DNA from: Candidatus Latescibacterota bacterium
GTDB lineage: Bacteria > Latescibacterota > UBA2968
Direction: 5' to 3'
NCBI GenBank assembly: GCA_965205975.1
Contig: OZ242195.1
Location: 4,352,001 to 4,416,000 of the forward strand
DNA: 64,000 bases
A model generated the notes under the pieces. The model was not told where the DNA came from and made no database searches. It worked only from the letters and a program-made list of their open reading frames with translations. The translations under genes were made by a program, and so were the position numbers. This document shows positions 1 to 9,147 of this stretch, one piece after another. Every line of letters begins with the position of its first letter. Position 1 is the first letter of the stretch.

Positions 1-3000
1 CTTCGTATGTCACACCTGTGGTGCCTGAGATTTCGGTTTCTACACCGCCTATTACGCGGATCCACTGGTAGATATAGGTGACATTTTCGAGGCCGTCGAT
101 ATCCCGGATGTTCGAGACGTCCGCCGTCAGTGTTTCTCCCACTTCGGGTGTGCCGCTGATTGTTGGGGCGCCTGTGGCTGGATAGTTGGGGGGTGTGTCG
201 TTGTCGTTTACGGTGACGCTTGCCAAGGATGGTGTGCCTACTGCATAGCCTGTTCCGGACTGTAATGCTGCGGTTATGATGCTGGCGTTTTCATTTGTGT
301 TATCGTCTTCTGTTGCGACTGTCAGGATTGCGGTGGTTTCATTGGCGTTAATGGTGATGGTTGAAGGCGGTGTGCTGCTGATGACACTACCCGTTTCTGT
401 CACGCTTATGTTCACGGTCAGTTCGGCTGTCGGTGCAGGTGTCGCTGTGATTGTGAATGTGGCATCCGTGCCTTCGGTGATGGGGGAGGTCCCTGCCGAG
501 ATGGTCACCTGTGGGACCGGTGCTTCGCGGGTGACTGTGATGGTGTAGGTCACTTGCGTGGTGCCGTCTTCGGCTGTGACTATTACTGTGATGGTGTTTT
601 CGCCTTCGACAAGTGACACGTCCAATGTGGTCGCGGTCTGTCCGTTGATGGTTACGGTTGCACCCGGGTTGTTGGCTGTCGCTGTAATTGTTATGGTCGA
701 GATCCCATTTTCCACTGAGACGGTGTAGTCCAATGTCGCCGGGTCGAATGCCGGGGTCAGTGTGCCGGGATTGATGGTCAAGTCGCTCAGGGTTGCGTCT
801 GTGGATGGGGCACCGCGGGTGATTGTGATGGTGTAGGTCAGTTGCGTGGTGTTGTCTTCGGCTGTGACTGTTACCGCGATGTCCATTGTGTCGCCGGTAA
901 ACGGTACGTTTGATGTGGTCGCGGTCTGCCCATTGATGGTTACGGTTGCATCCAGGTCACCGGGTATTGCTGTGACTGTTACCATTGAGGTCGCGTGCGG
1001 CACTGTGGCGGTGTAGGTGTATGTGTCGGGATCGAATACTGGATTCAGTGTGCCGGGGTTGATTGTCAGGTTGCTCAGGGTTGCGTCGGTCGATAAGACC
1101 ACTTCGTCGTCCAGTACGAATACTTTGGCTGAGGATGGGTCGCCTACTGTGTAGCCTGTTCCAGCTTTTACTTGTGCGGTTACGACACTGGCGTGTTCAT
1201 CTATGTCATCGTCGTGTGTTGCGACTGTCAGTGTGGCGGTGGTGTAGCCGGCACTGATGGTGACGGTCGATGGGGGTGTGCCGCTGAGCATTTTGGCGGT
1301 TTCGGTGACGCTTATGTTCACAGTCAGGGGAGTAACCGATGGCTGGTTTGCTGTGATTGTGAAGGTGGCATTCGTGCCTTCGGTGACGGTTGTGGGATTC
1401 GCTTTGATGGTCACCTGTGGGAGGCTTGTTGGCGCACGGTTGACGGTGATGGTGTAGGTCAATTGGGTGACGCCATCCACGGCTGTTACTGTTACTGTGA
1501 CGTCCATCGAGTCACCGGTAAATGGTATGTTCAATGAGGTGGTGTTCTGGCCGTTTATGGCTACGGTTGCGTCCGGGTTATTGGGTGTTGTTGTAACTGT
1601 TACGGATGAGGCATCGTGAGGCACGAGGGCGGTGTAGGACAATGTCTCCGGGGCGAATGTCGGGGTCATCACGCCGGGGGTGATGGTGAGGTTGCTCAGG
1701 GTTGCGTCCATCGCGGGTGGCAGGTCGTCATCCAGGACGAGTACTCTGGCTGAGGATGGTGTGCCTACTGTATAGCCCATTCCGGTTTGCACTTGCGCGG
1801 TTACGACACTGGCGTGTTCATCTGTCTTATCGTTGTCTGTTGCGACTGTCAGGGTGGTTTGACCAGCGCTGATGGTGACGGTTGAGGGGGGTGTGCCGCT
1901 GAGGGTATTGGCGGTTTCGGTGACGTTCACGTTCACAGTGAGTGTGATTGTGGGGGCAGGTGTCGCTGTGATTGTGAAAGTGGCAGGCGTGCCTTCGGTG
2001 ACACCTGGGGGGTCCGCTGTGATTGTTATGATCGGCGTTACGCCAGGGATGACCACCATCGCTGTCAATGCGCTTTCGAGTTCTTCGGGATAGCCCACAT
2101 CGTCGGTGAAGTTGACCCGAACTTTTAGCTGGTAACCGCTATCGGCTGTTACGACTTCATGCGTCGAGTCCGTGGCTCCGGCGATTTCCATTTCCACACT
2201 GTCCATGACGCGGATCCACTGATAGGTGTATGATACATTGGTGAGGCCATTGGCATCCCGGATGTTTGAGACATCGGCTGTCAGTGTTTCACCCAACGCG
2301 GGTGTGCCGATGATTATTGGGGCACCTGTGGCTGGATAGTTGGGGGGTGTGTCGTTGTCGTTTACGGTGACGCTTGCCGATGATGGTGTGCTCACTGTGT
2401 AGCCCGTGCCTGCTATTACCTGCGCCGTTACGGTACCAGAGGATTCGCGTACGTCATCATCGTGTGTTGCGACTGTGAGTGTGGCGGTGCTCTGTCTGGC
2501 TTTGAAGGTGACTGATGATGCCGGTGTTCCACTGAGGATATCGCCGGTTTGGGTCAGCTTTACCTTCACCTTCAGTGCGGCTGTGGGTGCGGGATCCGCT
2601 GTGAGTGTGAATGTGGCAGCCGTGCCTTCGGTGACGCTCGCGCGATTCGCCGCGATTGTCATTTCTGGCGGATCTGGAGTCTTTACCCCTGGGCCATCGT
2701 TGTCTTCAACGGTGACAGTTGTCGAGGATGGTGTACCTGCTGTGTAGCCTGTTCCGGCCTGTACCTGCGCGGTTATTACACTGGCGGTTTCTCTTACATT
2801 ATCGTCGTCCGTTGCGACTATCAGTGTGGCGGTGCCAGAGGTACCAATGGTGACTGTTGCGTCCGGTGTGCCGCTGATGACGTCGCCGTCCTCGCTGACG
2901 TTTATACTTACGGTTATTGTGGTTGACGGTGCAGGGGATGCTGTAAGTGTAAATGTTGCATCCGTGCCTTCGGTGATGGGTGAGGTTCCTGCCGAGATTG

Positions 3001-6000
3001 TCACCTGTGGGGTTCCAGGCACTGGTGGTTGCTGTGTTGTTGGCGGCTGCGTTGTTATTGGTGGTGATCCAGGCGTCTCGTCGTCATCTACTGTCACCCT
3101 CACCGAGGCCGCTGTTACGTTGTTGTAGTCACCGCCGCTGACTGTGTGTTGTACGGTGGCTGAGTCGTTCGTCGCGTCATCGTCCTGGTCCGCATTCACT
3201 GTTACCGTTTGCGCTGTGCTCCAGTCATTGTTCGTGAAGGTCAGGCTCGTCTCCGACACGGTCACGTCCTCAGACGATCCCGATGCCTTTGACACCCCCA
3301 CTATCACGGTCGCTGTCGGCTCCGAGGTCAGAACCACCGTGTAGGTATTGTTGCTTCCCTCGTTCACGGTCAGGGAGGTGGGTGATACCCTCACCCCGCG
3401 CGTGTCGTTGTCCCGAATCGTCCCGGTCGCTTCATCGTCCCCTATTATCGCGTTGGTGCTCGCATTGCTCAGTGTTACGGTGAAGGTTTCGTTGTCTTCA
3501 TCTATATCGTCGTTCTCTATTGTTATGCTGATCGTCTGTGACGCCGTGCTACTGGCGGGGAATGTCAGGTTGCCGTTATCCGCGGTGTAGTCCTCTCCCT
3601 CTGTCGCCGTGCCGTTTGATGTTGCGTAATCCACTGTCACGGGCTGGGTACTCGCCACGCTCAGACGCACCGTGAACGACATTGTCCCGGCGCTCTCAGA
3701 CGCACTTGCATTGTCAATGCTCAGCGTCGATATGTCGTTTTCGATGATCGTTACTATTACCGGATCCGCTGACTCCCCGGCGTAGTCGCCGCCGCTGACC
3801 GTGTGCGTGATAGTCACTGATGGATCTAAGTCCGAGTCGGTGTCATCAGCCGCATCCACTCTCACTGTTTTCGGGTTATGCCAGTTGCCCGTCGTGAATA
3901 TCAAACTCGTCTGATTTACCGACACATCCGTGTTCGATGGCACGTTCACCGACACGGTCACGTTCTCGGTCGGCTGCGAGGTCAGCACTACTCTGTAGGT
4001 GTTGTTGCCATTTTCCGGCACGTTTAATGCTGTCGGTTCCACCGTCACTCCACGCGTGTCGTCATCCTCAATGGTTCCGGTCGCAGAGGTAGTCCCCAGC
4101 GTCGCGTTGCTCACATTGCTCAGCGTCAAGGTGAAGGTTTCGTTATTTTCATCTATATTGTCATTCCGGATCGTTACGCGGATGGTCTGTGTGCGAGCAC
4201 TGTTCGGGGAGAATGTCAGCCTGCCGCTCCTCTGTGTATAGTCCCCAGGTGCTATCGCCGTGTCGTCCGATGTCGCATAATCTACCGTTACTGTTTGTGC
4301 ATTCGGCCCATTTAGTGTCACGGTGAATTCCATGCTTCCCGCACTCTCTGCAACGGTCTGATTCGCGCCGATTGATAGCTGTGGCATGTCGTTGTCTTCA
4401 ACAGTGACGGTTGCCGAGGATGGAGAGCCTGTTGTATAATCTGTTCCGCTCTGCAGTCGCGCTGTTATCGTGCCACTCAACTCATCTATATTATCATTTT
4501 CGGTATTGACTGTTAGTGTGGCGGTGGCCTGGTTGGTGCTGAAATCGACGGTTGAGGGCGGTGTGCCGCTGATGAAATTGCGGTTCTCGCTGACGCTTAC
4601 GGTCACGGTTAGTGGGGTTGCCGGTGCGGGATCCGCTGTGATTGTGAATTCCGCATTTTCACCTTCGGTGATGGGCGTCGTTACCGCTTCGATTTTTATC
4701 CGCGGATTGTCATTGTCTTGAATGATGACGGTTGCCTTGTCTGGGTCGCCTACGTCATAGCCTGTTCTCTTCAACAGTTCCGCGCTTATCTCGCCATTCG
4801 GTTCATCTACCTGATCATTTTCAGTATTGACTGTTATTGTGGCGGTGGATTGGTTGGCGTTGAAGAAGACCGTGTGAATGCCTTCGCCCGGTGTGCCGGT
4901 GATGAAATCGCCGATCTGGCTGATGCGCACTTCTGCATTTAGTGGAGCCGTCGGAGCAGGGTCCATTGTGATTTTGAATGTCTTGGTCTGACCTTCGATG
5001 ATGGTTGGAGGATTTGTTTCAATTGTCCCGACTGGCATTTCTCCACCCACGACTGCTGTCAACGCGCTTTCGATCTCACACGTACCGTTATTGAAGGTTA
5101 CCTTAACTTTCAGTCGGTGATCATTATCGTCTGACACTATTGTATATGTGCTACCCGTCCCGATATTGGTCTCTGTATTGCCCTGCACGCGAATCCATTG
5201 AATAGTTGTCACACCGCTGAGGCCATGGGAGACGGTTAATATTTCACCCTCGTCGAGCGTGCCGCTGATTGTTGGGGCTCCTGTCGGTTGCCAGCCTGGA
5301 GGAGCATAAACATCTATGGTCACCGAAGATGGATCGCCTACTTTGTAAGCCGCGTCGCCAGGATTAATACCGAGGTTGTCTCCATAGTAGTAGGCATCCA
5401 AGAGATAGGATTCAATTTTGCGTCTCGGTGTGTGCCCACAGGTCTCTTCCTGTACGCGGAAAGAATACGATCTCTCCCCTGGCGGATGCCTGTTGTCCGA
5501 CTGCGGATGAAGGATTTCCACCATCGGTTCCCAGTCGGTAATATCCGGCAGGTGTCCGCCCGTTCGGAAATCCACCCGATGCCTGTAGCCGTGAGGTTCG
5601 GTGCGCTTCATTGTGAGCGTCACCCTGTCGCCTATTGCGACCCGCGTTTGGTTTGTGTGAAGCGTTACGACCGGAAGTTCCATCATCGACGGTGGATCGT
5701 CGTTGCTATTCGGATCTGGTGGCGCATCCTCGTCACTGTCAATCACCTGCACGGATGCATCTCCCGGGTCACCAACCGTGTAGCCATTCCCTTCTTCTAT
5801 TGACACGCTCACCGAGCCCCAATTGTCTGTTTGTCCCTCCTCGTAGAGTTCATCCGGTCTCTCATTGAAATCCTGGATCGGTACTCTCAGTGTGGCCTGT
5901 CCAGAGGTCCCGACGGTGATTGTCGTAGGACGCGTGTAGTTGTCGGGGAGGACAGGTCCGCTACTGGTCACTTCTATGTTCACCGTCAGGTTACTGGTTG

Positions 6001-6178
6001 GGGCTGGTGTCACCGATATGATAAATGTGGCGCTCTTGCCTTCCATGACGCTGGTAGGGCTTGACGCAATTGAAACCTCCTGCGCCCCTGCCGCGATTGG
6101 CAATGCCAGCATGAGAATGAAGGCTGTCAGGCGGGTGCGGATGATGTGTGAAAAAATTTGTTCAATTTGTGAGAACAT
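1..6178 (-). CDS. Giant secreted modular surface protein/adhesin (Calx-beta-like, cadherin-like beta-sandwich and Ig-like repeats); 3' end lies beyond the window, >2050 aa
   Basis: Hand translation from ATG at 6178: MFSQIEQIFSHIIRTRLTAFILMLALPIAAGA|QEVSI (signal peptide). The same frame reads sensibly at ~5300-5460 and at the window edge (TYIYQWIRVIGGVETEISGTTGVTYE). Repeats include DATLSxLTIxPG.., TGAPTISG..YQWIRV and T/V/D-rich Calx-beta-like units. It is absent from the ORF track because no stop lies inside the window. Confidence 0.88.
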   Translation of the reverse strand, partial: MFSQIEQIFSHIIRTRLTAFILMLALPIAAGAQEVSIASSPTSVMEGKSATFIISVTPAPTSNLTVNIEVTSSGPVLPDNYTRPTTITVGTSGQATLRVPIQDFNERPDELYEEGQTDNWGSVSVSIEEGNGYTVGDPGDASVQVIDSDEDAPPDPNSNDDPPSMMELPVVTLHTNQTRVAIGDRVTLTMKRTEPHGYRHRVDFRTGGHLPDITDWEPMVEILHPQSDNRHPPGERSYSFRVQEETCGHTPRRKIESYLLDAYYYGDNLGINPGDAAYKVGDPSSVTIDVYAPPGWQPTGAPTISGTLDEGEILTVSHGLSGVTTIQWIRVQGNTETNIGTGSTYTIVSDDNDHRLKVKVTFNNGTCEIESALTAVVGGEMPVGTIETNPPTIIEGQTKTFKITMDPAPTAPLNAEVRISQIGDFITGTPGEGIHTVFFNANQSTATITVNTENDQVDEPNGEISAELLKRTGYDVGDPDKATVIIQDNDNPRIKIEAVTTPITEGENAEFTITADPAPATPLTVTVSVSENRNFISGTPPSTVDFSTNQATATLTVNTENDNIDELSGTITARLQSGTDYTTGSPSSATVTVEDNDMPQLSIGANQTVAESAGSMEFTVTLNGPNAQTVTVDYATSDDTAIAPGDYTQRSGRLTFSPNSARTQTIRVTIRNDNIDENNETFTLTLSNVSNATLGTTSATGTIEDDDTRGVTVEPTALNVPENGNNTYRVVLTSQPTENVTVSVNVPSNTDVSVNQTSLIFTTGNWHNPKTVRVDAADDTDSDLDPSVTITHTVSGGDYAGESADPVIVTIIENDISTLSIDNASASESAGTMSFTVRLSVASTQPVTVDYATSNGTATEGEDYTADNGNLTFPASSTASQTISITIENDDIDEDNETFTVTLSNASTNAIIGDDEATGTIRDNDTRGVRVSPTSLTVNEGSNNTYTVVLTSEPTATVIVGVSKASGSSEDVTVSETSLTFTNNDWSTAQTVTVNADQDDDATNDSATVQHTVSGGDYNNVTAASVRVTVDDDETPGSPPITTQPPTTQQPPVPGTPQVTISAGTSPITEGTDATFTLTASPAPSTTITVSINVSEDGDVISGTPDATVTIGTSGTATLIVATDDDNVRETASVITAQVQAGTGYTAGTPSSTTVTVEDNDGPGVKTPDPPEMTIAANRASVTEGTAATFTLTADPAPTAALKVKVKLTQTGDILSGTPASSVTFKARQSTATLTVATHDDDVRESSGTVTAQVIAGTGYTVSTPSSASVTVNDNDTPPNYPATGAPIIIGTPALGETLTADVSNIRDANGLTNVSYTYQWIRVMDSVEMEIAGATDSTHEVVTADSGYQLKVRVNFTDDVGYPEELESALTAMVVIPGVTPIITITADPPGVTEGTPATFTITATPAPTITLTVNVNVTETANTLSGTPPSTVTISAGQTTLTVATDNDKTDEHASVVTAQVQTGMGYTVGTPSSARVLVLDDDLPPAMDATLSNLTITPGVMTPTFAPETLSYTALVPHDASSVTVTTTPNNPDATVAINGQNTTSLNIPFTGDSMDVTVTVTAVDGVTQLTYTITVNRAPTSLPQVTIKANPTTVTEGTNATFTITANQPSVTPLTVNISVTETAKMLSGTPPSTVTISAGYTTATLTVATHDDDIDEHASVVTAQVKAGTGYTVGDPSSAKVFVLDDEVVLSTDATLSNLTINPGTLNPVFDPDTYTYTATVPHATSMVTVTAIPGDLDATVTINGQTATTSNVPFTGDTMDIAVTVTAEDNTTQLTYTITITRGAPSTDATLSDLTINPGTLTPAFDPATLDYTVSVENGISTITITATANNPGATVTINGQTATTLDVSLVEGENTITVIVTAEDGTTQVTYTITVTREAPVPQVTISAGTSPITEGTDATFTITATPAPTAELTVNISVTETGSVISSTPPSTITINANETTAILTVATEDDNTNENASIITAALQSGTGYAVGTPSLASVTVNDNDTPPNYPATGAPTISGTPEVGETLTADVSNIRDIDGLENVTYIYQWIRVIGGVETEISGTTGVTYE

Positions 6179-6211
6179 TTTTTTGTCCGTGACGCTCTCT
6201 TGAGGCGTGTT

Positions 6212-6619
6212 TCACGATTCTGTATCGCGGTCCAGGTCGATGGCTACGGAGTTAATGCAATAGCGCAGGCCCGTGGGGGCGGGTCCGTCGTCGAAGATGT
6301 GACCCAGGTGGGCGTCGCAGCGGGCGCAGGTGACTTCGATGCGGCGCATGCCAAAGCTCAGGTCTTCGTGCTGGTTGATACGTTCGGGGTCAATGGCGTC
6401 AAAAAAGCTGGGCCATCCGCAGTGGGAATCGAATTTCTGGTCTGAGCGGAAGAGTTCAGCATTGCAGCATACACAGCGATATACGCCTTCTTCACGGCAG
6501 TCCCAGTACATGCCTGTGAAGGCGCGTTCCGTGCCTTTTTGGCGGCAGACGTAGTATTGTTCGGGCGTGAGTTGTTCCCGCCATTCTCGGTCTGTTTTGG
6601 TGATTTTTTCGTCGTTCAT
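6212..6619 (-). CDS. msrB: Peptide-methionine (R)-S-oxide reductase
   Basis: GTERAF, CxxC zinc pairs, [22 protein letters not shown] motifs. Confidence 0.97.
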   Translation of the reverse strand: MNDEKITKTDREWREQLTPEQYYVCRQKGTERAFTGMYWDCREEGVYRCVCCNAELFRSDQKFDSHCGWPSFFDAIDPERINQHEDLSFGMRRIEVTCARCDAHLGHIFDDGPAPTGLRYCINSVAIDLDRDTES

Positions 6620-6631
6620 GTAGATCCTTTT

Positions 6632-7141
6632 TTATTTACTAATGCTTTTCATGATGCGTTCGATAGCGCCGTCGGCAAGTGCCTGCATTTCTTCGTCGGT
6701 GCGATCCTGGATGGGATGGGCGACGAAGACGCGAGCGGGATTAAATCCCAGGGCAGTCGATTGGGCATCGGCTGCTTCTCGGAACGGCTCGGATGCGACA
6801 AAGACGGTGGGTATGCCGCGCGTTTCCAGGTTGGTCGTGTCGTGCACACTGCACGTTGTACAGGACCCTCAATCGGCCAGGCCTTCGACGACGACATCGC
6901 ATTCGGTGGCGATTTGTTGCTGGAGTTCGATGGGTGCCGGGCGCGTGAATGTGGGTTTGATGTAGCGGTTGACTTTGAGGTTGCGCTGTGCGAGGTGCGT
7001 TTCGATGCGGTCGAGGAAGACGTCGCCCCGGCTTTTGGATATGTCGAGAAGTCCGATGGTCAGGCCGTCGAGTGATTGCGGGCGTTTTACCCGTTCTCTC
7101 TGTGCTGGTTTTTGTTCGGATGTGGGGTCGAGCAATTTCAT
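6632..7141 (-). CDS. UGSC-family selenoprotein (169 aa, Sec encoded by TGA at 6869-6871)
   Basis: Two track ORFs (6869..7180 and 6632..6847) are in the same frame and join through a single TGA to read ..VVEGLAD-U-GSCTTCSVHD..RGIP... A hairpin follows the UGA directly. ATG at 7141 overlaps the upstream stop (ATGA). Confidence 0.9.
6833..6867 (-). promoter_or_regulatory. Putative bacterial SECIS hairpin
   Basis: mRNA after the UGA: GGUC-C-UGU-ACAA-CGUGCA-GUG-UGCACG-ACA-C-GACC. This gives a perfect 6-bp apical stem with a G-containing loop and a lower stem. Confidence 0.75.
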
Positions 7142-8553
7142 GGCGTGATCTCCTTTGTGATGGGTTGGCTGGCTCCCCAACTGCTGATGAGGGCAGAGAA
7201 TAAGCCCGCGTCTCCGCCTGCGCGGACGATGTGCAATGTGTTGTTGCGAAATTTGGGTAGTGTTTCTTTGTCTTTTGCCCGCGTGCCTTCAGGGATGCCG
7301 CCCGCGCCTGAGAGCAGTTCTGCGACGGGGAGTTGGAGGTACTGATTTAGTGTGTCGCAGAATCGGGTTTTTGACCAGCCTGCGTCTGCATATCGGCGGG
7401 TGTGTTCTGGCGATATGACCAGTACGGGAGGCGGGCTATTTGCGTGTTTGGGATGGCCATCGGCTTTGAGGCAGGCGGCGAAGGATCGGCACAGGGCGTC
7501 GGGATCTCGGGATGCCTGATCCATGATGGGGGTGACGCCGCTGGCTGCAAAGAGCGAGACTGTGGATGCGTCGGGTGAGAATCCCCTTTCGACGGCAAGG
7601 GATTCCCAGGGGGAATCGTCTTCGCGTTCGGCAAAGCAGAAGGTGTATTTGCCCGGGTTGCCGAGCGTGGCGCGATCAATGCCACCGGGGATGCCGCCGC
7701 CGATGTTGCGGATGACGAGTTGAAGGGCGCGTCCGATGGTCGCGTTGGCGCGGTTGCCCTGCCCGAGCGCGTTGACCCGCGCGTTCATGTCGATTTCGCG
7801 TGTTATCGGTCCATTGACGACGATCATGGGGCCTGCAAAGAATGTGGTGGCGAGCAGTCCGTGCATGCAAAAGGCCTCTGTGAGTGCGGTTTCAACCGCT
7901 GCGAGTACGACGGGGAGATATTCGGGTTTGCATCCGGCGAGGACAGCGTTGATGGCGACTTTTTCTACGGTACATTTGTTGTAATTGGGGGGGACGATGC
8001 CCACCAATTCGTCGGGGGAGCGGGTTGTTCCCGATAGCATGCGCATGATGCGTTCTTCGGTGGGTGGCACGACGGGCAAGCCGTCGCTCCAGCCGCGTTC
8101 AAAACAGGTTTCTATTTCGTCTTCGAGAGCGCCGACTTCAATGCGCCGGGCGGCGAGTACGGTTTCGCCAAATTGTACGGCGAGTTTTTCAGCTATGCCC
8201 GGTTCGATGCTTTTTGATCCGCATCCCGGGCGGGATTCGGGCAGGTCTGCGCCGAGGGGGCTGAGTCCCGATACGGTTTCCCAATCGCCGCGATGCCATC
8301 CAACAGTTCGCGCCACTTCTCGCCCTTTTTCAAAACGGAGCAGGGTCGGTACGGTTTCGATGTTGAGACGATAGGAGTGTTCCAGACCAGTGTCGTCAAT
8401 AACGTCTGCAATTCCCGTGGGAAAATCGGGATTGTCCTGGGTGTAAACCGCGAGTGATTCTTCCCGTTTTCCAATTTGTCTGAGTACGGGTGCAATGAGA
8501 GCACAGGTCGGGCAGTCCTGTTTTACCACGGCTATTAAGCTGTGTGTGTTCAT
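7138..8553 (-). CDS. Thioredoxin-fold (CPTC) protein fused to the GWSDGLPVVPPT domain typical of UGSC-selenoprotein partners
   Basis: N-terminal KQDCPTC and IETVPTL (cis-Pro) Trx motifs, a PGCGS linker, then GWSDGLPVVPPT, VEKVAINAVLAGC and NRANATIGRA. Confidence 0.8.
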   Translation of the reverse strand: MNTHSLIAVVKQDCPTCALIAPVLRQIGKREESLAVYTQDNPDFPTGIADVIDDTGLEHSYRLNIETVPTLLRFEKGREVARTVGWHRGDWETVSGLSPLGADLPESRPGCGSKSIEPGIAEKLAVQFGETVLAARRIEVGALEDEIETCFERGWSDGLPVVPPTEERIMRMLSGTTRSPDELVGIVPPNYNKCTVEKVAINAVLAGCKPEYLPVVLAAVETALTEAFCMHGLLATTFFAGPMIVVNGPITREIDMNARVNALGQGNRANATIGRALQLVIRNIGGGIPGGIDRATLGNPGKYTFCFAEREDDSPWESLAVERGFSPDASTVSLFAASGVTPIMDQASRDPDALCRSFAACLKADGHPKHANSPPPVLVISPEHTRRYADAGWSKTRFCDTLNQYLQLPVAELLSGAGGIPEGTRAKDKETLPKFRNNTLHIVRAGGDAGLFSALISSWGASQPITKEITP

Positions 8554-8736
8554 CTATTTTGTCCTTTTGAACATTGTATTTCTTTTTGCAGAATGTCGTA
8601 ATTTACCGATGTTATGCCATTATCAGGTACGGCGAGACACAAAGAGTTCTGTTAGAAAGACAGTTATGCGCTGCAAGTTTGATGCTCGCCCCTTCACGCT
8701 TTTCAAGAGGGATTTTTTGCTATATAAGTACTTATC

Positions 8737-8753
8737 TGCAATATCTATGCCAA
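8737..8753 (-). promoter_or_regulatory. Sigma54 (-24/-12) promoter facing the Trx-UGSC-msrB-adhesin genes
   Basis: Minus strand TTGGCATAGATATTGCA; exact GG-N10-GC spacing. Confidence 0.75.
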
Positions 8754-8848
8754 TGTGAGGCTGTTCGAGCGATCACAATCACAAATAATTGTTTTTATTT
8801 AATGTATAATGACAAAAAAAGAAAAAATCAGGCAGAGGAGTTTTTACT

Positions 8849-8870
8849 ATTAGACGATATATCGTCTAAT
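8849..8870. promoter_or_regulatory. Perfect 22-bp palindrome, putative enhancer (UAS)
   Basis: ATTAGACGATATATCGTCTAAT, about 100 bp upstream of the sigma54 site. Confidence 0.65.
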
Positions 8871-9147
8871 TTTTATGACCAATGGCCGATATACAGACCA
8901 ATGGTCGAAATAAAAACTATGAGAGGGGATATAGGGGATATACAAGATATTGTGGGGAAATACAGTATTGGACTGCTAATGTAGAACATGTCGCGTTTTT
9001 AGGGAAGAAAAAAATACAGGTTTTACAAGTATTTAAAAAAAGTGGTCATATCTATAATAACCCGATGCAATACATTCTTGACAAGTGCGCGATATATCAT
9101 TACTGAAAATATCATTGGATTCTTGAACGCCACCTTATCACAATCTT

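Noticed and set aside
276..6203. Many Val-rich plus-strand ORFs
   Set aside because: Antisense shadows of the Thr/Asp-rich adhesin on the minus strand
7138..7140. TGA ending the Trx-fusion gene as a second Sec codon
   Set aside because: It is an ATGA stop/start overlap with an RBS (AAGGAG) for the next gene, and has no Cys-like context
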